DNA from: an uncultured delta proteobacterium
GTDB taxonomy: Bacteria; Myxococcota_A; Polyangia; Polyangiales; Polyangiaceae
Length of the DNA stretch: 64,000 bases
NCBI GenBank assembly: GCA_963841435.1
Contig: CAWJCS010000006.1
Span: forward strand, 480,001 to 544,000
Reading direction: 5' to 3'
The translations under genes and the position numbers were made by a program. Below are positions 10,891 through 21,262 of the stretch, piece after piece; the first letter of the stretch is position 1; every line of letters starts with the position of its first letter. The notes under the pieces are model-generated. The model did not search any database. It was not told where the DNA came from and was given only the letters and a program-made list of their open reading frames with translations.

Positions 10891-12014
10891 TCTACGAGAT
10901 CCTGTTCCCGCTGCGCACCCTCGCCGGGCTCGGTTGGCTCAACGTGCTCAGGTACACGTCGTTTCGCGCCATCATGTCGGCGCTGACGGCGATGATCGTC
11001 TCGTTCCTCGTCGCGCCTTGGTTCATCTCCAAGCTCCGCGGCAAGCAGATAAGCCAGATCATTCGTGAGGAGGGGCCAGAGAGCCACCTTTCGAAGAAGG
11101 GCACGCCGACCATGGGCGGCGCGCTGATCCTGCTCAGCGTGCTCGTTCCTACCGTGCTTTGGGCCGACGTGCGCAACGTCTTCGTCATCTGCACGGCGGC
11201 CGTGACGGCGGGCTACGGCGCCGTCGGCTACCTCGACGACTTCATGAAGATACAGGGCTCGAGCTCGCGCGGCCTGCCCGGACGCTACAAGCTGCTCGGT
11301 CAGATTGCGATCGGCGGCGCGGCCATCGGCTACCTGTTTCTCGCGCAGGACGATCTGCCTTCGCAGTGGCTCGATGTGCGGGCGCGCGTGGCCATCCCGT
11401 TCCTCGCCTTCGAGAAGCACCCCGTTGCCTTACCGCTCGCCGCCTACGCGGCGTTCGCTTTATTCGTCGTCGTCGCCACGAGCAACGCCGTGAACCTCAC
11501 GGACGGTCTCGACGGGCTTGCCATCGGCCCCGTGATCGTCAACGCCGGCACCTACTCGCTCTGGGCGTACGTCGCGGGCTCGGTGCTGTTCGGTCGTCCA
11601 CTCGCCGGCTACCTCGACGTCGCGGGCTTCCCCGAGATGGCCGAGCTGACGGTGTACGGCGCGGCCGTGGTCGGCGCGGGTATCGGCTTTTTGTGGTACA
11701 ATACCTATCCTGCTCAAGTCTTCATGGGGGACGTCGGCTCGCTCGCGCTCGGCGGCGGGCTCGGCATGCTCGCCGTGCTCACGAAGACCGAGCTCTTGAG
11801 CCTGATCCTCGGCGGCATCTTCGTGGTCGAGGCCGCGAGCGTCGTCACGCAGGTCATTTCCTTCAAGCTCTTCAAGAAGCGGGTGTTCTTGATGGCGCCC
11901 ATTCACCATCACTTCGAAAAGAAGGGCTGGCCGGAGCCTCGCATCATCGTGCGGTTCTGGATCATCACCGTCCTGCTCGCCCTCGTGGCGCTCTCCTCGA
12001 TGAAGCTCAGGTGA
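10887..12014 (+). CDS. mraY: Phospho-MurNAc-pentapeptide translocase MraY
   Basis: KKGTPTMGG, NAVNLTDGLDGL, PAQVFMGDVGS, MAPIHHHFE. Confidence 0.98.
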   Translation: MIYEILFPLRTLAGLGWLNVLRYTSFRAIMSALTAMIVSFLVAPWFISKLRGKQISQIIREEGPESHLSKKGTPTMGGALILLSVLVPTVLWADVRNVFVICTAAVTAGYGAVGYLDDFMKIQGSSSRGLPGRYKLLGQIAIGGAAIGYLFLAQDDLPSQWLDVRARVAIPFLAFEKHPVALPLAAYAAFALFVVVATSNAVNLTDGLDGLAIGPVIVNAGTYSLWAYVAGSVLFGRPLAGYLDVAGFPEMAELTVYGAAVVGAGIGFLWYNTYPAQVFMGDVGSLALGGGLGMLAVLTKTELLSLILGGIFVVEAASVVTQVISFKLFKKRVFLMAPIHHHFEKKGWPEPRIIVRFWIITVLLALVALSSMKLR

Positions 12015-12016
12015 CC

Positions 12017-13345
12017 ATGGATCTCAAGGGTAAACGCGTCATCGTGGTTGGACTCGGCAAGAGCGGCGTTGCCGCGGCCAAACTCTGCGTCGCCCAGGGC
12101 GCGCGCGTGGTCGGCACCGACGCGGCGCCGCCCGAAGCGCTCGCTCCGGACGCCCGCTCGCTCGCCATCGAGCTCGTCGCCGGTGGCCACGGGGGAGTCG
12201 ACTTCGACGGTGCGGACCTGGTCGTGGTTTCACCGGGCGTGCCGGCCCTGCCGGAGCTCGAGCGCGCCGTCGCGGCGGGCGTCGAGGTCATCGGCGAGCT
12301 CGAGCTCGCGTGCCGCTTCGTGGAAGCACCGATCGTCGCGATCGGCGGCACGAATGGCAAGAGCACGACGACGACGCTCGTCGGCGAGCTTCTGGGCGCG
12401 ACGGGCCGCTCCGTGTTCGTGGGCGGCAACCTCGGGCGCCCCGCCGCCGACGCGGCAGCGCACGACTACGATGCAGTCGTGCTCGAGGTCTCGAGCTTCC
12501 AGCTCGAGCGCGCGCCGCACCTTCGTCCGAAGGTGAGCGTGCTGCTCAACCTGAGCGAGGATCACCTCGACCGCTATCCGAGCTTTTCCGCCTACGCCGA
12601 GGCCAAGGGCAACGCCTTCGTCAATCAGCTCGCGGGGGACGTCGCGGTGATCCCGTTCGGCGACGCGCTCTGCGAAGAGCAGGCGCGCCGTGGTCAGGGA
12701 GACCTCTTGAGCTTCGGGCGCGGAGGGGACTACCCCGTCGAGCAGGCCGTCGTCGTCGAGGCCGCGACCGGCGAACGGTTCGACCTCGGCCGCTCGCGCC
12801 TGCATGGCCGTCACAACCAGGACAACGCCGCCGCCGCCATCGCGGCCGCGCGCGCACTCAACGCGCGCCTGGACGCCGTGCGCCGCGGTCTCGAAGGCTT
12901 CGAGCCGCTGCCGCACCGCATGGCGCTCGTCGCGAAGGTTTCGGGCGTCTCGTTTTACGACGATTCGAAGGGCACGAACGTCGGGGCTTCGGTGACGGCG
13001 CTCCTCGGCCTCGGCGAGGAACGCGGCGTTCTGATCGCGGGTGGACGCGACAAGCAGGGCTCCTACGCACCGCTCGTCGAGGCACTCCGCGCGCGCGGGC
13101 GCGCCGTCGTCCTGATCGGCGAGGCCGCGCCCCGGATCTTCGACGCCGTGGGTGGCGCGTTGCCCGTGGAGCACGCCACCGATATGGACGACGCCGTACG
13201 GCGCGCGATGCGTCTGGCGCAGCCCGGCGACGCCGTGCTCCTGAGCCCCGCGTGCTCGAGCTTCGACATGTTCAAGAGCTACGCGGAGCGCGGCGATCGC
13301 TTCGCGGAAGCGGTGCTCGCCCTCGGACGGGAGGCCAAGCCATGA
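12017..13345 (+). CDS. murD: UDP-MurNAc-L-Ala:D-Glu ligase MurD
   Basis: GLGKSG, SPGVP, GTNGKSTTT, LEVSSFQLE, DHLDRY, DDSKGTNV, LSPACSSFDMF. ATG at 12017. Confidence 0.97.
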   Translation: MDLKGKRVIVVGLGKSGVAAAKLCVAQGARVVGTDAAPPEALAPDARSLAIELVAGGHGGVDFDGADLVVVSPGVPALPELERAVAAGVEVIGELELACRFVEAPIVAIGGTNGKSTTTTLVGELLGATGRSVFVGGNLGRPAADAAAHDYDAVVLEVSSFQLERAPHLRPKVSVLLNLSEDHLDRYPSFSAYAEAKGNAFVNQLAGDVAVIPFGDALCEEQARRGQGDLLSFGRGGDYPVEQAVVVEAATGERFDLGRSRLHGRHNQDNAAAAIAAARALNARLDAVRRGLEGFEPLPHRMALVAKVSGVSFYDDSKGTNVGASVTALLGLGEERGVLIAGGRDKQGSYAPLVEALRARGRAVVLIGEAAPRIFDAVGGALPVEHATDMDDAVRRAMRLAQPGDAVLLSPACSSFDMFKSYAERGDRFAEAVLALGREAKP

Positions 13346-14589
13346 GAAACCTCGGCGCCGTCTGGTCTCGCGCCCGGCCCAAGGCGCCCATGGACGTCGT
13401 GCTCGCGGCCGCGGCCGTTGCGCTGCTCGGCTTCGGCGTCGTCATGGTGTACTCGGCGAGCGCCGTCGAGGCGACGACCACTTTCCACGATCCGCAATAC
13501 TTCGTCGTGAGGCAGGCGATCTTTGCGGGGGTTGGGCTCGTGTTGATGCTCGCGGCGTCGCGTATCGACTACCACCGGCTCAAGGCGTTCACGTACCCCA
13601 TCCTCGGCGTCGTGACCGTGCTCATGGTCCTCAGCGTCACGGGTTTCGGGCACACGGGCGGTGGCGCCGCGCGCTGGCTCTCGCTCGGTCCGATTCACGT
13701 GCAGCCCTCGGAAGCCGCGAAGCTTTCGCTGATTCTCTGGCTCGCGTACTCGCTCGAGAAGAAGCGCGAGCGCATGAAATCGTTCTCGATCGGCATGCTG
13801 CCGCACTTCTTGATGGCCGGCTTCTTGATGCTTTTGTGCTTGAAGCAGCCGGATTTCGGCGGCGCCGTCGTGCTCTTGTTCCTCACCTTCGCGCTGCTCT
13901 TCGTGGCGGGAGCGCGGCTCGGCTACCTGCTCGGCGCGGCGATGCTCGGCAGCGTGTTCGCCGCGTGGGCCGTCAGGTTCACGAGCTATCGCTGGGAACG
14001 CATGCTCGCCTGGTTCAACATGGCCGAGCACCGTCAGGATCTCGCGTACCAGCCCTTCCAGTCGGTCATGAGCTTCGGCTCGGGCGGACCCTTCGGTGAG
14101 GGGCTCGGTCGCGGCCTGCAGGTGCTCTACCTGCCCGAGGCGCACACCGATTTCGTGTCGGCGATCATCGGTGAGGAGCTCGGGTTCGTGGGCATCCTGC
14201 TGTTGTGTGGGGTGTTTCTGTTGATCGTGGCGCGCGGGGTGCGGGCCGCGCTCGCCGCCGAGGACGAATACGGCGCTTACATCGCGTTCGGCATTTCCGT
14301 GCTGTTCGGTGCGCAGGCGCTCGTGAACCTGGCCGTCGCCATGGCCATGCTGCCGACCAAAGGGCTGACGCTGCCGTTCGTGAGCTACGGCGGGTCATCG
14401 TTGCTCGTGAGCTCGGCCGCCATGGGCGTCCTGCTCAGCGTGTCGCGCGGACGCACGACGCCGCAAAACCAGAAGCGCGACGCCGACGCTCCCGCGCCCG
14501 AAGCGAGCGCGCTGCTCTTCAGTGAGGCAGGCTTCGCCGACGCGCCGGGCGAGCGCGCGAGCCACCGGGCGAGCGAGGCGAGCGCGTGA
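13342..14589 (+). CDS. ftsW: SEDS peptidoglycan polymerase FtsW
   Basis: VMVYSAS, QPSEAAK, QPDFG, YLPEAHTDF, KGLTLPFVSYGGSS. Confidence 0.96.
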   Translation: MRNLGAVWSRARPKAPMDVVLAAAAVALLGFGVVMVYSASAVEATTTFHDPQYFVVRQAIFAGVGLVLMLAASRIDYHRLKAFTYPILGVVTVLMVLSVTGFGHTGGGAARWLSLGPIHVQPSEAAKLSLILWLAYSLEKKRERMKSFSIGMLPHFLMAGFLMLLCLKQPDFGGAVVLLFLTFALLFVAGARLGYLLGAAMLGSVFAAWAVRFTSYRWERMLAWFNMAEHRQDLAYQPFQSVMSFGSGGPFGEGLGRGLQVLYLPEAHTDFVSAIIGEELGFVGILLLCGVFLLIVARGVRAALAAEDEYGAYIAFGISVLFGAQALVNLAVAMAMLPTKGLTLPFVSYGGSSLLVSSAAMGVLLSVSRGRTTPQNQKRDADAPAPEASALLFSEAGFADAPGERASHRASEASA

Positions 14590-15755
14590 CGCTTCCCGCT
14601 CCCACCCTGCTCTTCGCCGGCGGCGGCACCGGGGGGCACGTGTACCCCATGATCGCCGTCGCCGAGGCGGTGCACGCGCTCGCGCCCGCGGTGCGCGTCG
14701 TGTTCGTCGGCACCGAGCGCGGCATCGAGACTCGCGCCGTGCCGAAGAGCGGCCACGATCTCGAGCTCATGCGCGTTCTGCCGCTGCGCGGCGGCGGGCC
14801 GCTCGGCTTCGTCAGGGGCGTGGCACGTGCCGTGGGCGCCGTGGGCGACGGTCGCGGGCTCGTGCGGCGACTCGCGCCGCGCGCCGTGCTGTCCGTCGGC
14901 GGGTACGCGGCGGGCCCGGTGTCGCTCGCGGCCTGGTCGCTCGGCGTGCCGCTCGCCGTGCTCGAGCCCAACAGCGTGATCGGCCTCGCCAACCGGCTCG
15001 TGGCGCCGCTCGCGCGCCGTGCGTACCTCGCGTTTCCCCAAGCCGAGCGGCACTTTCGCCGCGAACGCGTGCTGTGCGCCGGCGTGCCGCTGCGACCCGG
15101 CTTCATGCCCGCGCCGCTCTCCCCCGCGAGCGAGCGGTTGCGCGTCCTCGTGCTCGGTGGGAGCCAGGGCGCGCGAGCGCTCAACGACGCGATGCCGCGC
15201 GCCGCGGCGGCGCTCGGTGCCGCGGTCGAGGTGGTGCACCAGGCCGGCGCAGCAGGCGAGGCGAGCGTCACGGCGCTCTACGCGGAGCTCGGGCTCGGCG
15301 AAACGGCGCGCGTCGTGCCGTTCATCGACGACGTGCCGGCGGCGCTCAGGGCGGCCGACCTCGTCGTGGGGCGCTCCGGTGCCGGCGCGCTCAGCGAGAT
15401 CTGCGCCGTCGGACGGCCTTCGCTGCTCGTGCCGTATCCGTTCGCTGCCGGTGATCACCAGCGCGTGAACGCCGAATCGCTCGTGCGGGCGGGCGCGGCC
15501 GTGAGCGTCGCCAATGCCGAGGCGACCCCCGAGCGACTCGCGCGCGAGATCGGCGCGCTCGCCGGAGATCGCGTGCGCCTCGCCAGCATGGCGGGGGCCG
15601 CGCAAAGAGCAGGGCGACCGCACGCAGCCGAGGCCATCGCGCGCGACTTGCTCGAGCTCGCCGGGCTCGCGGTGCCGCGCGCTCCCGTGACCGAGCTCGC
15701 GAAGCCGCCGCCGTCGGGCCTCGCGGCGCCGCTCGTCGCCATGGAGGCGGAGTGA
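14586..15755 (+). CDS. murG: MurG GlcNAc transferase
   Basis: GGGTGGHVYP, GGYAAGP, GGSQGA, RSGA, HQRVNA. Confidence 0.97.
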   Translation: MTLPAPTLLFAGGGTGGHVYPMIAVAEAVHALAPAVRVVFVGTERGIETRAVPKSGHDLELMRVLPLRGGGPLGFVRGVARAVGAVGDGRGLVRRLAPRAVLSVGGYAAGPVSLAAWSLGVPLAVLEPNSVIGLANRLVAPLARRAYLAFPQAERHFRRERVLCAGVPLRPGFMPAPLSPASERLRVLVLGGSQGARALNDAMPRAAAALGAAVEVVHQAGAAGEASVTALYAELGLGETARVVPFIDDVPAALRAADLVVGRSGAGALSEICAVGRPSLLVPYPFAAGDHQRVNAESLVRAGAAVSVANAEATPERLAREIGALAGDRVRLASMAGAAQRAGRPHAAEAIARDLLELAGLAVPRAPVTELAKPPPSGLAAPLVAMEAE

Positions 15756-17149
15756 TGTTTCGCGGTCGCGTGCGGCACGTGCACTTCATCGGCGTCGGAG
15801 GCATCGGCATGAGCGGGCTCGCCGAGATCCTGCGGACGCTGGAGTTCGACGTGTCGGGCTCCGATCTCCGCGAGGGCGAGAACACGCGGGCGCTCTCGCG
15901 GCTCGGCGTGCGCATCGACATCGGACACCGCCCCGAGAACGTGCGCGACGCCGACGTCGTCGTGGTCTCGAGCGCCGTCGCGGCGGACAACCCCGAAGTG
16001 GTCGAGGCGCGCGCGCACGGCGTGCCGGTGATCGCCCGCGCCGAGATGCTCGCCGAGCTGATGCGCGTCAAGTACGGCATCGCCATCGCCGGCTCGCACG
16101 GCAAGACGACGACGACCTCACTCGTCGCCACCATCCTGCGCGCGGCCGGCTTCGATCCCACCGTGGTCGTGGGCGGGCGCATGGCGGCGCTCGGCAGCAA
16201 CGCGCGCCTCGGGGCTGGCGACCTGCTCGTCGCGGAGGCCGACGAGAGCGACGGCTCCTTTTTGAGGCTCACTCCCACGATCGCGGTCGTCACGAACATC
16301 GATCCCGAGCACCTCGATTTTTACCGGACGCACGAGCGGCTCAAGGACGCGTTCGTGGCGTTCATCGAGAAGGTGCCGTTCTACGGGCTCGCCGTGCTCT
16401 GCCTCGATCACCCCCACGTGCAGGAGCTCTTGCCGCGCGTGGGGCGGCGGCACGTCACCTACGGTCTGTCGCCGCAGGCCGACTACCACGCGCGCGCCCT
16501 GTCGCAGCAGGGGCTTACTTCGACGTTCGTCGCCTACCGGCGCAGCGAGCCGCTCGGCGAGTTCGTGCTGCACATGCCGGGCCGGCACAACGTGCAAAAC
16601 ACGCTTGCCGCGATCGCCGTCGCCGACGAGCTCGAGGTGCCGCTCGACGTGGTCAAGGACTCGCTGTCGAGCTTCAACGGCGTCGCGCGGCGCTTCTCGA
16701 TCGTCGCCCGAGCGCGTGGCGTCGATCTGGTCGACGACTACGGACACCACCCGGCCGAAGTGGAGGCGACGCTGTCGGCCGCCCGCAGCGCCTACCCGGG
16801 CCGCGTGATCGTCGCCTTCCAACCGCACCGCTTCACGCGCACGGAGCTACTTTTCGACGACTTCACGCGCGCCTTCAACGATGCCGACTGCCTCTTTGTC
16901 GCCGACATCTACGCCGCCGGCGAAAAACCCATCGAGGGCGTGACGGCCGAGCGGCTCGCTCGGGCGATCGCCGAGCACGGCCACCACACCGCGAGCTACG
17001 TCGGCAATCGCGCCGAGCTCGTCGAGCGTGCCGCCGCCATGGCCGAGCCGGGCGACGTCGTCATCGCGCTCGGTGCGGGAGACATCAACAAGATCTTGCC
17101 CCCGATTGCTCAGGCGCTTCAGGGTCGCGGGCCGGAGCCTTCACCATGA
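15755..17149 (+). CDS. murC: UDP-MurNAc:L-Ala ligase MurC
   Basis: HFIGVGGIGMSGLA, GSHGKTTTT, EADESDGSFL, DDYGHHP, FQPHRFTR. Confidence 0.98.
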   Translation: MFRGRVRHVHFIGVGGIGMSGLAEILRTLEFDVSGSDLREGENTRALSRLGVRIDIGHRPENVRDADVVVVSSAVAADNPEVVEARAHGVPVIARAEMLAELMRVKYGIAIAGSHGKTTTTSLVATILRAAGFDPTVVVGGRMAALGSNARLGAGDLLVAEADESDGSFLRLTPTIAVVTNIDPEHLDFYRTHERLKDAFVAFIEKVPFYGLAVLCLDHPHVQELLPRVGRRHVTYGLSPQADYHARALSQQGLTSTFVAYRRSEPLGEFVLHMPGRHNVQNTLAAIAVADELEVPLDVVKDSLSSFNGVARRFSIVARARGVDLVDDYGHHPAEVEATLSAARSAYPGRVIVAFQPHRFTRTELLFDDFTRAFNDADCLFVADIYAAGEKPIEGVTAERLARAIAEHGHHTASYVGNRAELVERAAAMAEPGDVVIALGAGDINKILPPIAQALQGRGPEPSP

Positions 17150-18039
17150 AAGCCCAACGCGCACAGGTGCACGGTGCCTCCGTGTCGGCTCCAGCCGAGG
17201 ACGTGGCCGTCGGCGAGAGCCCGGCGCCCCCCAAGGCAGGAGGCAAGCGCGGTGGGGTCCGCCCCGGCGGCACGAGCTCGGGCACGAGTCGCGTGCTGCT
17301 CGCCGTCAAGCTCCTCTTGGGGCTCGCCATCGTGGCAGTGGCTTCGTCTGCCGTCGCGTTCAGCTTGCACCGCTATGCCCTGAGCACGCCGCGCTTCGCC
17401 ATCCGCGAGCTCAGGCTCGAGGGCGAAAAGCGCCTGACGCCGGAGCGGATTCGAAAAATTGCCGGCATCGAGCTCGGCCAGAACCTCTTCTCCTTCGACA
17501 CGCACGCCGCCGAGGAGCGGCTGCTCGCCGACCCCTGGCTGAGCGCCGCCCGTGTCGTGCGGGAGCTTCCGGGCACGCTCCGGGTCTCCGTGAAGGAACG
17601 CGAGGCCTACGCCGTCGCCGTGCTCGGGGACCGCCCGTTTCTCGTCACTCGCGACGGCGAGCCGTTCACCGAGCTCCGCGCCGAGGAGCCCTTCGACCTA
17701 CCCGTGCTGACGGGGGTGTCGGCCGCCGCGCTCGCCCGCGACCGGGCCGGCGCCGTCGAGCGGCTCAAGACCGGGGCCGACCTTCTGGGACAGTACGGGC
17801 GGCTCGGCATCGCCAAGGTCCACCCCGCCGAGGAGGTTGCCCTGGGCCCCACGGGCCGGGCGGTCCTCACGGTTGGAAAAGCGGGCATCACGCTCGAGCT
17901 CGGCCTCTTTCCCTACGCCCGCAAGCTTGCCATGGCGGAGCGCGTCCTCCGGGAGCTCGCCAAGAAGGGCCGCACTCCCGGGATCGTGTTTCTCGACAAC
18001 GAAGCACACCCCGAGCGGGTCGTGGTTCGCATGCGCTGA
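17146..18039 (+). CDS. ftsQ: Cell division protein FtsQ
   Basis: TM helix, then POTRA-like segment (FAIRELRLEG...PWLSAARVVRELPGTLRVSVKER); lies directly upstream of ftsA. Confidence 0.9.
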   Translation: MKAQRAQVHGASVSAPAEDVAVGESPAPPKAGGKRGGVRPGGTSSGTSRVLLAVKLLLGLAIVAVASSAVAFSLHRYALSTPRFAIRELRLEGEKRLTPERIRKIAGIELGQNLFSFDTHAAEERLLADPWLSAARVVRELPGTLRVSVKEREAYAVAVLGDRPFLVTRDGEPFTELRAEEPFDLPVLTGVSAAALARDRAGAVERLKTGADLLGQYGRLGIAKVHPAEEVALGPTGRAVLTVGKAGITLELGLFPYARKLAMAERVLRELAKKGRTPGIVFLDNEAHPERVVVRMR

Positions 18040-18136
18040 GGATGCCGATGAACCCCCGTTTTCCCAATGCGCGCGGAAACTTGGCCCCAAAAGAACCAGG
18101 GTGGCAGGGTCGCCCGAGCCTCCGGTTCAAGCTTCG

Positions 18137-19411
18137 ATGGAACGTCTCGACATGAAAACCCCCCCCGTTGAAGGTGGCATCGTCGTCGGTCTCGATCTCG
18201 GTACCACCAAGGTCTCCGCGGTCGTCGGAGAGGTGGACGCCGAAGGCATCACGATCCTCGGTGTCGGCAACGTGCCGTGCCGCGGCCTGCGCAAGGGCGT
18301 GGTCAGCAACATCGACTGGACCGTGCGCAGCATCCGCGAGGCGGTCGACGCCGCACAGACCATGGCCGGCGTCGAAATCGAAACCGTCTACGTCGGCGTC
18401 GCCGGCAGCCACATCCGCTGCCAGGTCTCCGACGGCGTGTGCGCCATCTCGGGTCGCGAGGTGACGCGCGCCGATCTCGAGCGCGTGCTCGAAGGCGCTC
18501 GTGCCATCCCGGTCGATGCCGACCGGATGATCCTCCACGCGCTGCCGCGCGAGTACGTGGTCGACAATCAGGACGGCATCCGCGATCCGGTCGGCATGAG
18601 CGGCGTGCGCCTGCAGGTGCGCGTGAACCTGGTCACGGCGGCCACTTCCTGCATCCAGAACGTCGTGCGCTGCGTCGAGCGCTGCGACCTCAGCGTCGCG
18701 GACATCGTGCTCGAGCCGCTCGCCAGCGCCGACGCGGTGCTCAGCGAAGACGAGAAGGAAATCGGCGTCGCCGTCATCGACATCGGCGGCGGCACGACGG
18801 ATCTGCTCCTGTTCGCCGACGGTGGCATCGCTCACACGAGCGTCATCCCGGCCGGCGGCAACAACATCACGCTCGACGTCGCGGCGGGGCTCCGCACGCC
18901 CGTCGCCGAGGCCGAGCGCCTCAAGCGCAACTACGGCTGCGCCCTCGGTCGCATGATCGCCGACGACGAGGAGATCGAGGTGCCGGGCGTCGGCGGCCAT
19001 GCCCCGCGCCGGGTCGCTCGCCGCCTGCTGAGCGACATCATCGAGCCGCGCGTCGAGGAGATCTTCGGCGAGGCACGGCGTCGCATCGAGGAGACGGGCA
19101 TGCTCGAGCAGGTGAGCTCGGGCTGCGTCCTCACGGGCGGCGCCGCGCTGATGGAAGGCATGGTCGAGTGCGCCGAGGAGATCCTGGGTATGCCGGTGCG
19201 GCTCGGGTTCCCCGTGGGCGTGAAGGGTATCTTCCAGCTCGTGCAGGGACCGCAGTACGCGACCGGCGTCGGCCTCGTGCGCTACGGCGCCGCGGAGCTC
19301 ATCGAGCACGCGGCCCGCGCCGAGGAGCACCGTGGGGGGGAACCGACACTCCGGGCCGTCGAGGCTCGCAAGGGATCCGGGATTTGGGAGTGGGTGCGCG
19401 CCGCCTTCTAG
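18137..19411 (+). CDS. ftsA: Cell division protein FtsA
   Basis: VGLDLGTTKV, GLRKGVV, IDIGGGTTD, VLTGG, YATGVGL, amphipathic tail IWEWVRAAF. Start is 18137 or 18152. Confidence 0.97.
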   Translation: MERLDMKTPPVEGGIVVGLDLGTTKVSAVVGEVDAEGITILGVGNVPCRGLRKGVVSNIDWTVRSIREAVDAAQTMAGVEIETVYVGVAGSHIRCQVSDGVCAISGREVTRADLERVLEGARAIPVDADRMILHALPREYVVDNQDGIRDPVGMSGVRLQVRVNLVTAATSCIQNVVRCVERCDLSVADIVLEPLASADAVLSEDEKEIGVAVIDIGGGTTDLLLFADGGIAHTSVIPAGGNNITLDVAAGLRTPVAEAERLKRNYGCALGRMIADDEEIEVPGVGGHAPRRVARRLLSDIIEPRVEEIFGEARRRIEETGMLEQVSSGCVLTGGAALMEGMVECAEEILGMPVRLGFPVGVKGIFQLVQGPQYATGVGLVRYGAAELIEHAARAEEHRGGEPTLRAVEARKGSGIWEWVRAAF

Positions 19412-19431
19412 GCGCACCAAAAGGCGAGGTC

Positions 19432-20676
19432 ATGAGCTTTTCAATCGAATTCGCAGAAGAGTCCCACGCGTACAACGCCCGCATCAAGGTGATCGGGGTT
19501 GGTGGCTCCGGTGGCAATGCCATCAACACGATGATCCACTTCGGTCTCGAGGGCGTGGAGTTCGTGAGCGTCAATACCGACGCCCAGGCGCTGAGCTCCA
19601 ATGCCGCGGTCGAGAAGATCGCGATCGGGCAGAACGTGACCCGGGGCCTCGGCGCCGGCGCGGATCCCGAGCGCGGGCGCAAGGCCGCGCTCGAGGACGT
19701 GAATCGCCTCAAGGAGATCGTGATGGGCGCCGACATGGTGTTCGTCACGGCGGGCATGGGCGGCGGAACCGGCACGGGCGCAGCGCCGATCGTCGCGCAG
19801 CTCGCGCGCGAGGCCGGTGCGCTCACCGTGGGCGTCGTCACCAAGCCCTTCGGCTTCGAGGGCAAGCTCAGGGCACGCCGCGCCGAGCAGGGCATCGTCG
19901 CTCTCAGCGAGCACGTCGATACCCTCATCACCATCCCCAACGAAAAGCTCATGACGCTCGCCGACGACGACCTCACCTTCGTCGACGCCTTCCGCAAGGC
20001 CGACGAGGTGCTGTTCCAGGCGGTCAAGGGCATCAGCGACCTCATCACGCTCGACGGCATCGTGAACGTCGATTTCGCCGACGTGCGCACCGTGATGGCG
20101 GGCAACGGCCGTGCTCTCATGGGTACCGGGTGCGCCAAGGGCGAGGGGCGTGCGCGGCTCGCCGCGGAGCAGGCGATTCACTCGCCGCTGCTCGACGACA
20201 TCTCGGTGCAGGGCGCGACTGGCGTGCTCATCAACGTCGTGGGCGGCCACGACATGAAGATGAAGGAAATCCAGGAAGCGGCGTCGCTCGTTCAGGAGCA
20301 GGCGCACGAGGACGCAAACATCATCTTCGGCGCGAGCATCGACGAGAGCATGGGCGACGCGCTCAAGGTCACGGTGATCGCCACGGGTTTCAACCCGGTT
20401 GCCGAGGAAATACCCGTCGAAATCGCGCGCGAAACGCGCCGCAGCAGCCTCTCCTTGCGCGAGAGCCTCGCGCCGCGCTCCGCGGCCGCCGCGTCGCGCG
20501 ACGCCGCCCCCGCGTTCTCGACGCGTCGCCCCGCCGCTCCGGCGCAGCAGGCCACGAATGCCCGCGACGGCCAGATCGGCCTGCCCGTGTTGCGCGATCG
20601 CATCACGTTCCCCTCGGCGCTCGATCCCGATGCCGAGTGGGACGTGCCGGCGTTTCAGCGTCGACAGGGTGGTTGA
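19432..20676 (+). CDS. ftsZ: Cell division GTPase FtsZ
   Basis: IKVIGVGGSGGNA, GMGGGTGTG, NVDFADV, C-terminal WDVPAFQRR. Confidence 0.99.
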   Translation: MSFSIEFAEESHAYNARIKVIGVGGSGGNAINTMIHFGLEGVEFVSVNTDAQALSSNAAVEKIAIGQNVTRGLGAGADPERGRKAALEDVNRLKEIVMGADMVFVTAGMGGGTGTGAAPIVAQLAREAGALTVGVVTKPFGFEGKLRARRAEQGIVALSEHVDTLITIPNEKLMTLADDDLTFVDAFRKADEVLFQAVKGISDLITLDGIVNVDFADVRTVMAGNGRALMGTGCAKGEGRARLAAEQAIHSPLLDDISVQGATGVLINVVGGHDMKMKEIQEAASLVQEQAHEDANIIFGASIDESMGDALKVTVIATGFNPVAEEIPVEIARETRRSSLSLRESLAPRSAAAASRDAAPAFSTRRPAAPAQQATNARDGQIGLPVLRDRITFPSALDPDAEWDVPAFQRRQGG

Positions 20677-20718
20677 GGGCTGGTCGCGGGCCGCTCGATG
20701 CCCAAAGAGGGCACCGAG

Positions 20719-20748
20719 TTGACGAAAAGAGTGGCCGCTCGGTACTAT
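20719..20748 (+). promoter_or_regulatory. Sigma70-type promoter of the chemosensory operon
   Basis: TTGACG (20719-20724), 18-bp spacer, TACTAT (20743-20748), in the ftsZ-cheW gap. Confidence 0.65.
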
Positions 20749-20836
20749 GTGAGTTGATGTTCGAGGGTGTCTGTCGGAGCGTCTTTGGCGCTGCTACCCC
20801 AAAGGTAGCCCCGGACTAGGGAAGAGAGGGGGACCC

Positions 20837-21262
20837 ACGGCCACCTTTCTGCTCTGTCGCATCGGGGCTCGTGTCTGCGGCCTGCCGCTCGACCACGTCC
20901 GCGAGGTGATGCGTGCGCTCCCCATCGAGCGCGTCGCGGGTGTGCCAAGCTTCGTGCTTGGCGTGAGCGTCGTGAGGGGCGAGCCGTGTCCGGTCGTCAA
21001 CGCAGCCGCGTTGCTCGGCGGCGACGCCCGCTCGGGCGCTCGGCTCGTGTCGCTCCGTGTCGCCGAGCGCAGCGTGGCGTTGCGGGTCGACGCCGTGCTC
21101 GGGACGCGGAGCGTTCCGGACGCCGTGCTCGGCAGCGTGGCGCCGCTCCTTTCGGGCGCACCCGGCCGCGACGCGCTCGGCGCACTCGACGGCCAGCTGC
21201 TCGAGATCCTGGATCTCGCGCGCCTTCTCCCCGTGGAGCAAGCGGCGGAGCTCATGCCTTGA
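20837..21262 (+). CDS. cheW: CheW adaptor 1 (no canonical start codon for the full domain)
   Basis: FLLCRIGARVCGLPLDHVREVMR...FVLGVSVVRGEPCPVV...VALRVDAVLG. Homology begins upstream of GTG 20906; ACG at 20837 follows a purine-rich RBS. Confidence 0.85.
   Translation, partial: TATFLLCRIGARVCGLPLDHVREVMRALPIERVAGVPSFVLGVSVVRGEPCPVVNAAALLGGDARSGARLVSLRVAERSVALRVDAVLGTRSVPDAVLGSVAPLLSGAPGRDALGALDGQLLEILDLARLLPVEQAAELMP

Noticed and set aside
17146-17149. murB and ddl absent between murC and ftsQ
   Set aside because: dcw content varies among lineages. The genes overlap cleanly with no scar, and the missing genes may lie elsewhere.
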